DNA from: Armatimonadota bacterium
Lineage (GTDB): Bacteria; Armatimonadota; DTGP01; JAHWJO01
Direction of reading: 5' to 3'
Assembly (NCBI GenBank): GCA_038240635.1
Contig: JBBRGS010000001.1
Span: 1 to 59,167, forward strand
Length of the DNA stretch: 59,167 bases
The translations under genes were made by a program, and so were the position numbers. Below are positions 17,779 to 26,401 of the stretch, piece after piece (the first letter of the stretch is position 1; each line of letters opens with the position of its first letter). Under the pieces are notes generated by a model, which was given only the letters and a program-made list of their open reading frames with translations, had not been told where the DNA came from and searched no databases.

Positions 17779-19410
17779 CTACCGTTTCCGCTCCTCCGAG
17801 GAGACAGTATAGCCGATGTTTCCCCGGAGAACCGCGTGCGCCGCGTTGGTGAGGCTCCCGCCGTCGCCCTCGTGCCGGTTGCCTTCCACGCGATTTCTCG
17901 ACGCCGGTTCGCCCCGAATCAGGATCCCGGAGCCGCGCGTCACGTTGTTCCGAATGATCACGTTGCGGCACGGGAAGCGGGCGCCGGTGCGGTCGGCGTC
18001 CACATAGATGGCTTCGATGCCGCCGTCGGTGGAGATGTCGTTCCCCTCCACGAGGAGGCCGTCAATGCCCGCCGTGCGGAAGAGCGAGAGGTAGGCGTTC
18101 CCCTTGTTCCGCAGGAGGCGGCTGTCCCGGATGATGCTGTTGCAATGGTCCTCGTGCATCAGCCCTTCGCCGTCGTTGAAGGAGTAGGGCGATCCGGCGA
18201 GGCGGTTCTTATAGACGAGGTAATCGTTGTCCGCGACGGTCCAGCGCCAGCCGCGCATCTGGACGGCGCGATTGTCGTTGGTGGAGGAGCCGTAAGCGAC
18301 GTCCACGCCGGTGTTCGTCCAGCGCGTCACGTTGGGCCTGAAGCGGATGACGTTGCCCTGGCAGACGGTGCCGTCGCCGGTGAAGGCGATGGCGGTGCGC
18401 CCGGTGGCGTAGATGTAGTTATCGCGGAGGACGCCGCCCCTGCGGAAGCCCCACGGGTGCGTTTGCGGCGTCCCCTCCGGCGGACTGCCCCCCGCTCCGC
18501 CGAGACAGGCGCCGTTCAGGTCGATGCCGGGGCGGTTGTTGGTGTCGAAGACGACGCCATTCACCGCGCGAGGGCCGCTGGCGCGGTCCTTCAGGATGTA
18601 GCCGTCCATCGTGAAGTCGTCGGGCTGGCCTTCGGGGAGGCGATTCCTGGCGATCAGCGCGTTCTCCCCCGATGCGACCTGAATCGCCGCCGCGTGCCAC
18701 TCGGTGAACCGCTGCCACGGGCGCTGTCCCGCCGCGAGGTCCGGGACCCGTTTGGCGATGTCCACGGCGTTGGTCAGGATACACCCCAGCACGAGGCGGT
18801 TTTTGCCGACCGCGTGGTCGTCCCCTTCGGCCATGACGATGCGGCCCCGGTTGATCGCCAGATTCACCACGCCGCACCCCGACGCGCTCTCCGGGCGCTC
18901 AAGGCGGATCACTTTGAAGGCCGACGCTTTGGGAGTCCCCTCGCCGGTGAAAACGGGCCGGTACCGGGGAAACGTGATGCGCGAGGGGAGAGTGAACCGC
19001 TCGTCCCGCGCGTCCGTCGCTCCCACAGGGGGCGCGCCCCGCAGGAGGATGTGGTCCTTCAGCGTGATGTCGTCGGGGAAGGTGGTGTCGCCGGGCGGGA
19101 AGTAGATCACGCCCCCGGCGTCTCCCAGGCGGCGCTGAGCGTCCTGAAGGCGTTCGGCGTCGGTGGCGCCATCGCACTGGGCGAGGGAAACGACGCGCTT
19201 CCACGGGAGGCGGTCGGTCCACGGGAGTCGGTACCGAGCGGCGGGATTATCGGTCGGCGGCGCGGCGAGGGCGGCGTTCGGGGCGACAGATCCCGCTCTC
19301 CGGCTCAGGCGGGATGCGGCGAGGGGAAGGGCGAGCGGCAGGGCCAGGGCGAGTAACGCCACCGGCGGGGTCTGGAGCGCTCGGCGGAGCCAGGGAAAGC
19401 GGGGGGGCAT
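17779..19410 (-). CDS. Secreted right-handed parallel beta-helix repeat protein, 543 aa (polysaccharide lyase/hydrolase-like)
   Basis: ORF track. Signal peptide. Repeated ~22-residue N/G/I-rich turns (NNRPGIDLNG, IIRNNVTRGSGILIRG). No catalytic assignment possible. Confidence 0.6.
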   Translation of the reverse strand: MPPRFPWLRRALQTPPVALLALALPLALPLAASRLSRRAGSVAPNAALAAPPTDNPAARYRLPWTDRLPWKRVVSLAQCDGATDAERLQDAQRRLGDAGGVIYFPPGDTTFPDDITLKDHILLRGAPPVGATDARDERFTLPSRITFPRYRPVFTGEGTPKASAFKVIRLERPESASGCGVVNLAINRGRIVMAEGDDHAVGKNRLVLGCILTNAVDIAKRVPDLAAGQRPWQRFTEWHAAAIQVASGENALIARNRLPEGQPDDFTMDGYILKDRASGPRAVNGVVFDTNNRPGIDLNGACLGGAGGSPPEGTPQTHPWGFRRGGVLRDNYIYATGRTAIAFTGDGTVCQGNVIRFRPNVTRWTNTGVDVAYGSSTNDNRAVQMRGWRWTVADNDYLVYKNRLAGSPYSFNDGEGLMHEDHCNSIIRDSRLLRNKGNAYLSLFRTAGIDGLLVEGNDISTDGGIEAIYVDADRTGARFPCRNVIIRNNVTRGSGILIRGEPASRNRVEGNRHEGDGGSLTNAAHAVLRGNIGYTVSSEERKR

Positions 19411-19440
19411 GCGCGCCTTTCAAGGCGAATCGCCGAGGCG

Positions 19441-20520
19441 TTAGGGAGCGGCCTCGGCGTTCTGGATGATCTTCGCGGCTTCGCGGGCGGAGGCTTCGTC
19501 GGTGACGGCGGGGCCGTCCAGCAACTGCCATGTTTCGACGTGTTCCACGGTCTCGCCCGGCTTCAGGGTGACGAGCGGCCCAACGGTCTCCAGTTCGAGC
19601 ATGCCGGTGGCGGTGTACAGTTCCACCGCGCAGCCGTTATCGGGGTAGCGGGCGCCATGCTTATAGGTGAACCGCTTCACAAACAGATGGCCGTTGTGCG
19701 AGTAGGCCGCCCAGCCGTCTTCGGCGTTGATGCCGATTTTGGTGGGATGCTCGGCGTCGCGCGACTTCAGGAGGAGGAAGTCGCGGCCCCAGATATGGCG
19801 CGGGTCGGTCATATCGGTATAGGGCCACAGGACGAGGGTGCGGTTGGCGAGGAGATTGCCCGGCCCGGTGGAGCGCGACGGCTGCGGGAGGAACGCCACG
19901 CCGCCGGGGTCCATCACGGAGAGCGCCCAGGGGGCGAGTTCGATCTCCCACTGGCCCATGTTGGTCAGCCGATGGGTGACGGTGACGCGGCGGGAGTTAG
20001 GCGCGAGGGTGACGTGGATTTCCTTGCGGATGCCGGTCTGTTTCTCCACGGGCTGCAAAAGGTGGAGGGTATCGCCGTCGGGCCGGGCTTCGATGGGGGA
20101 GTTGTCCGGCTCGTAGGTGCGGGGCTTCACTTCCGGGGAGTGCCAGAGGCGATGGCCACCGTAGATGCGCCACTCGTCGCCGCCGGTTTTGCCGCGCATC
20201 TCCGCGAATTCCTTAAACTCGTTGGGGCCGCCGGGGACTCCGAAGCGGATGATGCGGGGTCCCACGTCGGTGGTCGCCACCAGTTCGATGAGGCCGTTGG
20301 TCATGCGGTAGCAATTCGGCCAACCGGCGTATTCGGTTTTTTCAATCGTCACTTTGCCAGGCCCTCCGTGGGAAGCGGGCGCGGCGGGTGTGGCAGCCCA
20401 GGCGCTCCCGGATAGCGTGATAGCGATGGCGAAACAGAGCGCGCCAACGATGGCGAAATAAGGCGGTAATGAGAGGCGGAAGCCCTTCAATCCGCGCGAC
20501 CGACGTGACAGAGCGGTCAT
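19441..20520 (-). CDS. Secreted protein, possibly galactose-mutarotase-fold/DUF4380-like, 359 aa
   Basis: Start at the ATG (rc of 20518-20520) with GGAGG 5 nt upstream. The longer ORF to 20784 reads into the MITE. TM/signal segment, then a beta-rich sequence. Family call is tentative. Confidence 0.5.
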   Translation of the reverse strand: MTALSRRSRGLKGFRLSLPPYFAIVGALCFAIAITLSGSAWAATPAAPASHGGPGKVTIEKTEYAGWPNCYRMTNGLIELVATTDVGPRIIRFGVPGGPNEFKEFAEMRGKTGGDEWRIYGGHRLWHSPEVKPRTYEPDNSPIEARPDGDTLHLLQPVEKQTGIRKEIHVTLAPNSRRVTVTHRLTNMGQWEIELAPWALSVMDPGGVAFLPQPSRSTGPGNLLANRTLVLWPYTDMTDPRHIWGRDFLLLKSRDAEHPTKIGINAEDGWAAYSHNGHLFVKRFTYKHGARYPDNGCAVELYTATGMLELETVGPLVTLKPGETVEHVETWQLLDGPAVTDEASAREAAKIIQNAEAAP

Positions 20521-20754
20521 GGCGTCCTCCAAAGCATCCATAGGCGCGACTGGAGCCTCTTCTTCGGCGGGCGGGGGATGCGGCGTGCGCCTCCAGCCCC
20601 GTTCCCTTTCGCGGCGCGGGGGCGCCCTCCTGCTGTATGGAGGTCTCTCACCTGAGCCATGGTCAACCGCCAGGGTCAGGGTCAAACCTCCAACGCAGAG
20701 GGCGCAGAGAACCCCCTTGGGGACTGAGGGGCTGATGGGCGCGCTCAGGGGTTC

Positions 20755-20993
20755 GGGCGGTTGAAACCGCTGCAACAGACACACGAAACCCGCCTGCGCG
20801 GGTTAGGGGATCGTGCGGTGCGGGTTCGGGTAGGAATGATGGGGCGCGAGATCAGGATCTCCCTCGCCCCTCTCCTGTGGGAGAGGGGCGGACGAAGGCC
20901 GGGGTGAGGCAGGGAGGGGATCGCTCATGGACGGCATAGCGGGAGTCGGCGAAGGCCGACTTCGTGTGGGTGTTGCTGCGGTTTCAATCGCCC
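20755..20993. mobile_element. MITE-like element, copy 2 (239 bp), inverted relative to copies 1 and 3 and carrying an extra internal palindrome
   Basis: Same TIRs (gggcggttgaaaccgctgcaacagacacac ... gtgtgggtgttgctgcggtttcaatcgccc). The internal hairpin order is reversed. There is an additional ~70-bp block with cgcccctctcctgtgggagaggggcg. Confidence 0.8.
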
Positions 20994-21374
20994 GTCTTCT
21001 CTGTGAAATGACCTGTCGCTCGACAGGGCTGCTCCCCTCAGTCCCTTCAGTCTCCTGAGTCCCCAGGGGGTTTCTCTGCGACTCTCTGCGTTAATGGATG
21101 ACTTTGTGGGGGGTTGTTCTACCCGGTTTTGACGGAAACGAAACCCCAAAAGGGTTGACTCCTCCGGGAAGAGGCTTTACCATAGGCTTCGGAATGAAGG
21201 AGCGGGGGGCGGAAGCGCCGTTCGGTCCATGTTCGCAATCTCACAGGTTGCGACCGTTCCGGCGGAGACGGGATCGCCCATCCGGTCTTCATGTGGTTTT
21301 GGGCGCCGGGGAGGAACGTTGCGATGCTCCGGCTGTCACACCCTGCGTTTTTTCATCACACCTTGACCCATCAT

Positions 21375-21550
21375 CAACGCCGAACTCCCACAAGGGAGAC
21401 GGGGGAACCAAGTTCCTCTGGGGGGCGAATCTCGGTCGCCGGGCGCCAGGCATCACGGCAAAGCAACGATGCCCCGCGCAATTTGGCCGAGTAGGGATGT
21501 TCTTCCGTCCCGAGTCCGTCAGCTAACCCCGTAGGCATGTGGGCGCGAAG
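21375..21550 (+). promoter_or_regulatory. c-di-AMP riboswitch (ydaO/yuaA class) in the leader of the NlpC/P60 gene
   Basis: Conserved blocks appear in the canonical order: CGCCGAACUCC..GGGAGACGGGGGAACCAAG, CUGGGGGCGAAUCUC, CCGAGUAGGGA, CCGUCCCGAGUCCGUCAGCUAACCCCGUAGGC. Compare B. subtilis ydaO: CGGGGGACCCA / GGGGUGAAUCC / GGUAGGG / CCCGAACCCGUCAGCUAACCUCGUAAGC. Confidence 0.7.
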
Positions 21551-21726
21551 CTCCGGGCTGATCCCTGAGCGCGTCACGACGGTCCCGCCGCACTCCGGCG
21601 AGGCTCCGTGAACGCCGGGACCCCGCCGACGGCCTCCGCGCGTCCGACGGAAGAGACCTTGCATACGGGTTTCCTGTTTCCTGCGGACGACGCGCGCGGT
21701 CGGTTACGACCTCCGGGTCGGGGCTT

Positions 21727-22440
21727 ATGAGCGCCGGGAGGAAACCCCTTTTGACCCGATCTCACCTTACGATTATTTGTTTGGCCACCCTGACCGCGCT
21801 GGCTTTACCCGCTCCTCGCTTTGCCCATTCGGCCCCCGTCGCTCCCGCCCCCCCGGCGCCCTCCGCCGCTCCCGTCGGAACCGCTAAAGTCGCTCCGGCG
21901 CCCCTCGTCAACCGAAGCCTCCCCGCGAGCCGCCTCACCAATCGGCGCACGCTGCTCAGCCGCCGCGCGATGGGATTCCGCAGCGCCCGCTACGTCTTCG
22001 GCGCCGCCAATCTGCGCTCCACGGACTGCTCCGGCCTCACCATGCAGCTGTACCGCAGCGTCGGAATTGCCCTGCCGCACTCCGCTCGGTCGCAATACCA
22101 TTACGGTCGCACTGTCTCCAGGAAAGACCTGCTCCCCGGCGATCTCGTCTTTTTCGGCAGGAGTCGCGGTATCTCTCATGTGGGAATGTTCATCGGCAAC
22201 GGGAAGATGATCCACGCCGCCAACCCGCGCAAAGGCGTGCGGATTGACGCCCTGAGCTCCTCCTGGTACGTTAAGCGGTTTGTGGGCGCCCGACGCCTGC
22301 TGAAGGAAGGAATGCCGAGCCCCGAACTCCCCTCGGCGCGAGAGATCGAAGCCTCGACGGTGGAAGGCGCGGCGACCACTCCGACCGATTCGGATGCGTC
22401 GAACGGAAGCGCGGTGGCGCTGGAAGTCCCTTCTCCCTAA
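21727..22440 (+). CDS. NlpC/P60 (C40) cell-wall peptidase, 237 aa
   Basis: ORF track. Signal peptide. DCSGLTMQLYRSVGIALPHSARSQY...GDLVFF...ISHVGMFIGNGKMIHA carries the catalytic Cys and His motifs. Confidence 0.88.
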   Translation: MSAGRKPLLTRSHLTIICLATLTALALPAPRFAHSAPVAPAPPAPSAAPVGTAKVAPAPLVNRSLPASRLTNRRTLLSRRAMGFRSARYVFGAANLRSTDCSGLTMQLYRSVGIALPHSARSQYHYGRTVSRKDLLPGDLVFFGRSRGISHVGMFIGNGKMIHAANPRKGVRIDALSSSWYVKRFVGARRLLKEGMPSPELPSAREIEASTVEGAATTPTDSDASNGSAVALEVPSP

Positions 22441-22463
22441 TTTCAGGCGCTTTCCTCCTTCAA

Positions 22464-22502
22464 CCCTTCTCCCTCAATCCCAGGGAGAGGGGTTATTTCT
22501 TT
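22464..22502 (+). terminator. Intrinsic terminator after the NlpC/P60 gene
   Basis: 10-bp stem cccttctccc (22464-73) / gggagagggg (22483-92) with one G-U pair and a 9-nt loop, followed by TTATTTCTTT. Confidence 0.55.
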
Positions 22503-22630
22503 GTCGGCCCACGCTCTCCTCTTTACGGCGGCTTCACCATCGCGCCAGAGTCGCTATGCGTCCCTCACGGCCCTTTGGCCCCCTCCGCCCCGCCTGATTC
22601 CCAGGCGCCTGATCGAAAGGCTGACACACC

Positions 22631-23692
22631 ATGGATCGTTCCTTTTATCTCGATCTCGCCCGCTCCGGCCACCGAATGCCCATCGGCGCCGATCTCCTCC
22701 TGCGGGAGCATGAAAACGCCGAAGCCCTCCTGACCGATGGCGCCCGACTCGGCCAGGTGATTGTGGAGGCCGCCCGCCGTTACCAGACGCCTCTCGCGGC
22801 TCCGCTGATGGACCTGATGCTGGAAAAGGAGGCCCTCATGACCCTCCTGGGGAAATCCGAAGAGGAGGCGCCACTCTTCCATTTTGTCACGCCGCCCGGC
22901 CCCGAACCGCTCTCTGCGGTCATGAACGCCGATGAACGCCTGCTCACTCCCCGGCTTCGGGCCACCCTCGACGCCATTCGCGTCGTCGCTGACACGCCCG
23001 ACCTCGTCCCATGCGGGATGAGCATCGGGCCGTTCTCCTTCATGACGAAGCTGCTCGGGGACCCCATCGGCGGGGTGTACCTCGCCGGGACTGGCGCCAC
23101 CGCCAACGAGGACCCGGAGGTACGCGCGGTGGAAGAGGCGCTGGAACTGGCCCTCGCCGTCATCCTCCAGTCGGTGAGGCGACAGGTGGAGGCGGGCGCG
23201 AAACTGATCATCCTCTGCGAACCCGCCGCCAACGCCGTCTATCTCTCGCCGCGACAACTCGCCAAAGGCTCCGATATCTTCGAGCGCTTCGTCATGGCGC
23301 CCAATCAGCGGATCAAGGCCCTGATGGACGAACTCGGCTGCGACCTGTTCCTCCACGACTGCGGCGAATTGACCGATTCGATGGTCGAACGCCTCGCTTC
23401 CCTCAACCCGGTGATCCTGAGCCTGGGCAGCTCGCGCCGCTTGTGGGAGGACGCCGCCCGCGTGCCGGACACCATCACTCTGTATGGGAATCTGCCGACC
23501 AAGCGGTTCTACGAGGAAAGTCTCCACCCCGATGAGGTGGAGCGGATGACCTGCGAACTCCTCCACCGTATGGACGCCACCGGCCACCCGTTCATCCTCG
23601 GCAGCGAGTGTGACGTGCTGAGCGTCCCCGGTCGCCACGATGCCATTGTGGAGAAGGTCAACGTGTTTCTCCGGTGCGCCTGCGACGCCTGA
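22631..23692 (+). CDS. Uroporphyrinogen decarboxylase (URO-D) superfamily protein, MtaA/CmuA-like rather than HemE, 353 aa
   Basis: ORF track. Length and overall pattern fit the URO-D fold, but the HemE N-terminal PVWxMRQAGR motif is absent. Function uncertain. Confidence 0.5.
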   Translation: MDRSFYLDLARSGHRMPIGADLLLREHENAEALLTDGARLGQVIVEAARRYQTPLAAPLMDLMLEKEALMTLLGKSEEEAPLFHFVTPPGPEPLSAVMNADERLLTPRLRATLDAIRVVADTPDLVPCGMSIGPFSFMTKLLGDPIGGVYLAGTGATANEDPEVRAVEEALELALAVILQSVRRQVEAGAKLIILCEPAANAVYLSPRQLAKGSDIFERFVMAPNQRIKALMDELGCDLFLHDCGELTDSMVERLASLNPVILSLGSSRRLWEDAARVPDTITLYGNLPTKRFYEESLHPDEVERMTCELLHRMDATGHPFILGSECDVLSVPGRHDAIVEKVNVFLRCACDA

Positions 23693-23885
23693 CGCGCCGT
23701 CTTCGCCTTCCCGACGCCTGACGCGCCGACTTCGCCTTCCCGACGCCTGACGCGCCGTCTTCGCCTTCCCGACGCCTGACGCGCCGTCCTCGCCTTCCCG
23801 ACGCCTGACGCGCCGTCTTCGCCTTCCCGACGCCTGACGCGCCGTCTTCGCCTTCCCGACGCCTGACGCGCCGTCCTCAACCCTC
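23683..23885. repeat. 29-bp tandem repeat, ~7 head-to-tail copies beginning in the last codons of the URO-D-like gene
   Basis: The unit cgacgcctgacgcgccgtcttcgccttcc starts at 23683, 23712, 23741, 23770, 23799, 23828 and 23857. The first unit holds the gene's GAC GCC TGA end. There are no spacers between units. Confidence 0.92.
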
Positions 23886-24038
23886 AATGTCCCCACGGAA
23901 ATCCCGGACAAGGCGTTTCCGACCGCCATGTCGAACCTGTCTCCGTTCTTCCGTATCGCCTCCAACGCCTTCATCACCTCCTCTTCTGTAGCGCTTCCCG
24001 TGCCCTGGGAAGGACTCCCGCCTCGGAGCCGTCGCGCC

Positions 24039-26006
24039 ATGCCTCTCAGCCGCCGTCACCTCCTTCTCGCCGGACTCGCCGCGCCCGTAGCCGTCCAGGC
24101 CGCCCGCGCCGCGTCGGCTCGCTCGCGCCGCCCCCGCCCCCCCATGACCTCCTCTCCGCACACCCGCGCCGAGCGCATCGCCCTCCCCTTCCCCGCTGTC
24201 CGCCTCCACGACGCCTTTTGGTCCCCCAAACAAACGGTGTACCGCGAGCGCACGATTCCCCACTCGTGGCAGTATGTTCAGCGCGACATTGAGGACAACG
24301 AGATTGCGGCGGGCTGGCGGCATGAAACGCGCGGCCAGGACACCCCCTGGAATCAGGCCAACCTCCACAAGGTCCTGGAGACGTGCGCCTACGCGCTGGG
24401 ACAGGCGCCCAACGCCGAACTGGACGCCAAACTCGACGGCATCATTCGCGCCATTGTGGGCGCGCAGCAGCCCAACGGCTACATCAACGCCCTCATCACC
24501 GTGCGCGGCATGACCCCCTGGGCGAACCTCGACGGCCAGCACGACGGCTATGTCGCCGGGCACCTCATCGAGGCGGCGGTGGCGCATTACCGCGCGACGG
24601 GCAAATCGGCCTTCCTCGACGTGGCGAAAAAAGCCGCTGAACACATTCATCAACATTTCATCGAAGAGGGCCACGAAGGCGTCTGTGGCCACGCGGGCCT
24701 CGAACTCGCCCTCGTGAGGCTGTACCGCGAGACCGGCAACCCCCGCGAACTCGAACTCGCCCTCAACTGGATCGAGCGGCGCGGCAAACCGTGGCGCTAC
24801 ACCAGTGACACCCCGCGCTCCTACTTCATGGACCACCTGCCGATCCGCGAGGTCCCGGAGGTGACGGGTCACGCCGTCCGCACCGTCTTCTACCTCACCG
24901 GCGTGGCCGACGCGGCGATTGAAACGGGCGATGAAACCCTGAAAGCCGCCGCCCGACGCCTCTGGCGCGACACCGTGGATCGCAAGAGTTATGTGAACGG
25001 CTCGGTGGGGTCGCAGGCGTCGGACGAAGGCTTTGGCCCGGCGTACGACCTGCCAAATCACGGCTACAACGAGTCGTGCGCGGCGTGCGGCATGGTCTAC
25101 TTCGCCGACGCGATGTTTCGCATGGACGGTCACGCCGAGAGCATGGACGTGGTGGAGCGCGTCCTGTACAACGCCATACCGCACGGCATGGGTCTGGACG
25201 GCGTGACCAGCTACTACCGCAATCCGCTCTCGGACGAGAAAAATCCGCGCGGCAACATCTGGGTCTGCTGCCCGCCATGCCTCTCGCGGACGCTGCTGCG
25301 CGTGCAGGAGTATGTGTACGCCCGCACCGCCCGCGATCTGGTTGTGAACCTGTATGTCGCCAGCGACGCCACCGTCCCGCTGCCCGATGGCCCCGTGACG
25401 CTGACGCAGGAGACGAATTATCCGTGGGACGGCGAAGTGAAGCTGACCGTGACGCCGCAGAGTCCCCGGCGGTTTGCGGTGCGTCTGCGTATCCCCGGAT
25501 GGAGCCGCAGCGCGACGATTCGGGTGAATGGTCGGCGGCTGACGCGTCCTCGAATGGAGCATGGGTACGCCGTGCTGCGCCGCGAGTGGAAGCCGGGCGA
25601 CGTGGTGGAACTGTCGCTGCCGATGCCCGTGGAGCGCATGGAGGCGCACCCTGCCGTCACCGAAAACCGGGGCATGGTGGCGCTCCAGCGCGGCCCCCTC
25701 GTCTACGGCTTTGAAGGGCTGGACAACGATGGAACCGTGGCGATCACGCTGGCGAAGGAGCCGAAGTTCGCCACGGAGCATCGGGCGGACTTCCTGGGCG
25801 GCGTGACCGTCGTCATCGGCAGGGCCAACGACGGGAAGCGGGTCACAGCGATCCCGTTCCACGCGCTGGCGAACCGGGAGCCGTCGAGCCAGGCGGTCTG
25901 GGCGTCGCAGGAAGGTCTGACCGAGGTCACGGCTTCCGCTTCCGGTGAAACCGTCCCCGAAGACGGGTGGAAGGGGCGCCTGTACCGCCCTTTGGCCTCG
26001 GTCTGA
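24039..26006 (+). CDS. GH127-family (DUF1680, beta-L-arabinofuranosidase-like) glycoside hydrolase, 655 aa
   Basis: ATG at 24039 in ORF 23928..26006 gives a Tat-like signal MPLSRRHLLLAGLAAPVAVQAARA. NESCAACGM and WVCCPPCLSRT are the cysteine motifs typical of GH127. Confidence 0.8.
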   Translation: MPLSRRHLLLAGLAAPVAVQAARAASARSRRPRPPMTSSPHTRAERIALPFPAVRLHDAFWSPKQTVYRERTIPHSWQYVQRDIEDNEIAAGWRHETRGQDTPWNQANLHKVLETCAYALGQAPNAELDAKLDGIIRAIVGAQQPNGYINALITVRGMTPWANLDGQHDGYVAGHLIEAAVAHYRATGKSAFLDVAKKAAEHIHQHFIEEGHEGVCGHAGLELALVRLYRETGNPRELELALNWIERRGKPWRYTSDTPRSYFMDHLPIREVPEVTGHAVRTVFYLTGVADAAIETGDETLKAAARRLWRDTVDRKSYVNGSVGSQASDEGFGPAYDLPNHGYNESCAACGMVYFADAMFRMDGHAESMDVVERVLYNAIPHGMGLDGVTSYYRNPLSDEKNPRGNIWVCCPPCLSRTLLRVQEYVYARTARDLVVNLYVASDATVPLPDGPVTLTQETNYPWDGEVKLTVTPQSPRRFAVRLRIPGWSRSATIRVNGRRLTRPRMEHGYAVLRREWKPGDVVELSLPMPVERMEAHPAVTENRGMVALQRGPLVYGFEGLDNDGTVAITLAKEPKFATEHRADFLGGVTVVIGRANDGKRVTAIPFHALANREPSSQAVWASQEGLTEVTASASGETVPEDGWKGRLYRPLASV

Positions 26007-26027
26007 CCTCTGAAGGCCAGGGTCCCC

Positions 26028-26389
26028 CTCCAAGGTCAACCGCTTACACGGAGGACGCAGAGAGCCACGGAGGGCCACGGAGAACCCCTGTAAAACCCCA
26101 GAGGATTGAAGGGAACGCCTGGGCGCAATCTCAGAGGTCCCGGCGGTTGAAACCGCAGCAACAACTGCACGAAGTCGGCCTTCGCCGACTCCCTCCCCGT
26201 CGAAATCTTCCGCGCAGCGACTCGACTCCCTAAACCCGCGCAGGCGGGTTTCGTGTGGGTGTTGTAGCGGTTTCAACCGCCCGAACCACTGAGCGCCCCC
26301 TGAGTCCCTTCAGTTACCTGGGGTTTCTCAGGGGTTCTCCGTGGCCCTCCGTGGCTCTCTGCGTCCTCCGTGTAAGCGGTTGACCCTGG
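26028..26389. mobile_element. ~360-bp near-perfect palindromic element with MITE-like copy 3 (26141-26282) at its centre
   Basis: Outer arms ggtcaaccgcttacacggaggacgcagagagccacggagggccacggagaacccctg (26044-) and its reverse complement (ending 26385). Inner TIRs ggcggttgaaaccgcagcaaca / tgttgtagcggtttcaaccgcc. The element fills the whole convergent intergenic space. Confidence 0.85.
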
Positions 26390-26401
26390 CCCCATGGGGA
26401 T

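Noticed and set aside
17836-19356. 506-aa plus-strand ORF antisense to the beta-helix protein. Similar long antisense ORFs occur at 26429..27679, 29727..31127, 36183..37613, 43509..44762, 46130..47440, 50479..51807, 52744..53955 and 55955..57205.
   Set aside because: Each lies opposite a gene with clear family motifs and has the biased composition typical of shadow ORFs in GC-rich DNA.
23683-23885. Possible CRISPR array (29-bp direct repeats)
   Set aside because: The repeats are strictly head-to-tail with no unique spacers, there are no cas genes in the window, and the first unit is part of a coding sequence. It is a minisatellite, not a CRISPR array.
23877-26276. 799-aa ORF antisense to the GH127 gene, starting inside a MITE-like element (MKPLQHPHETRLRGF...)
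   Set aside because: It has no domain signatures and its start lies in repeat DNA. The plus strand carries a well-supported GH127 gene with a signal peptide.
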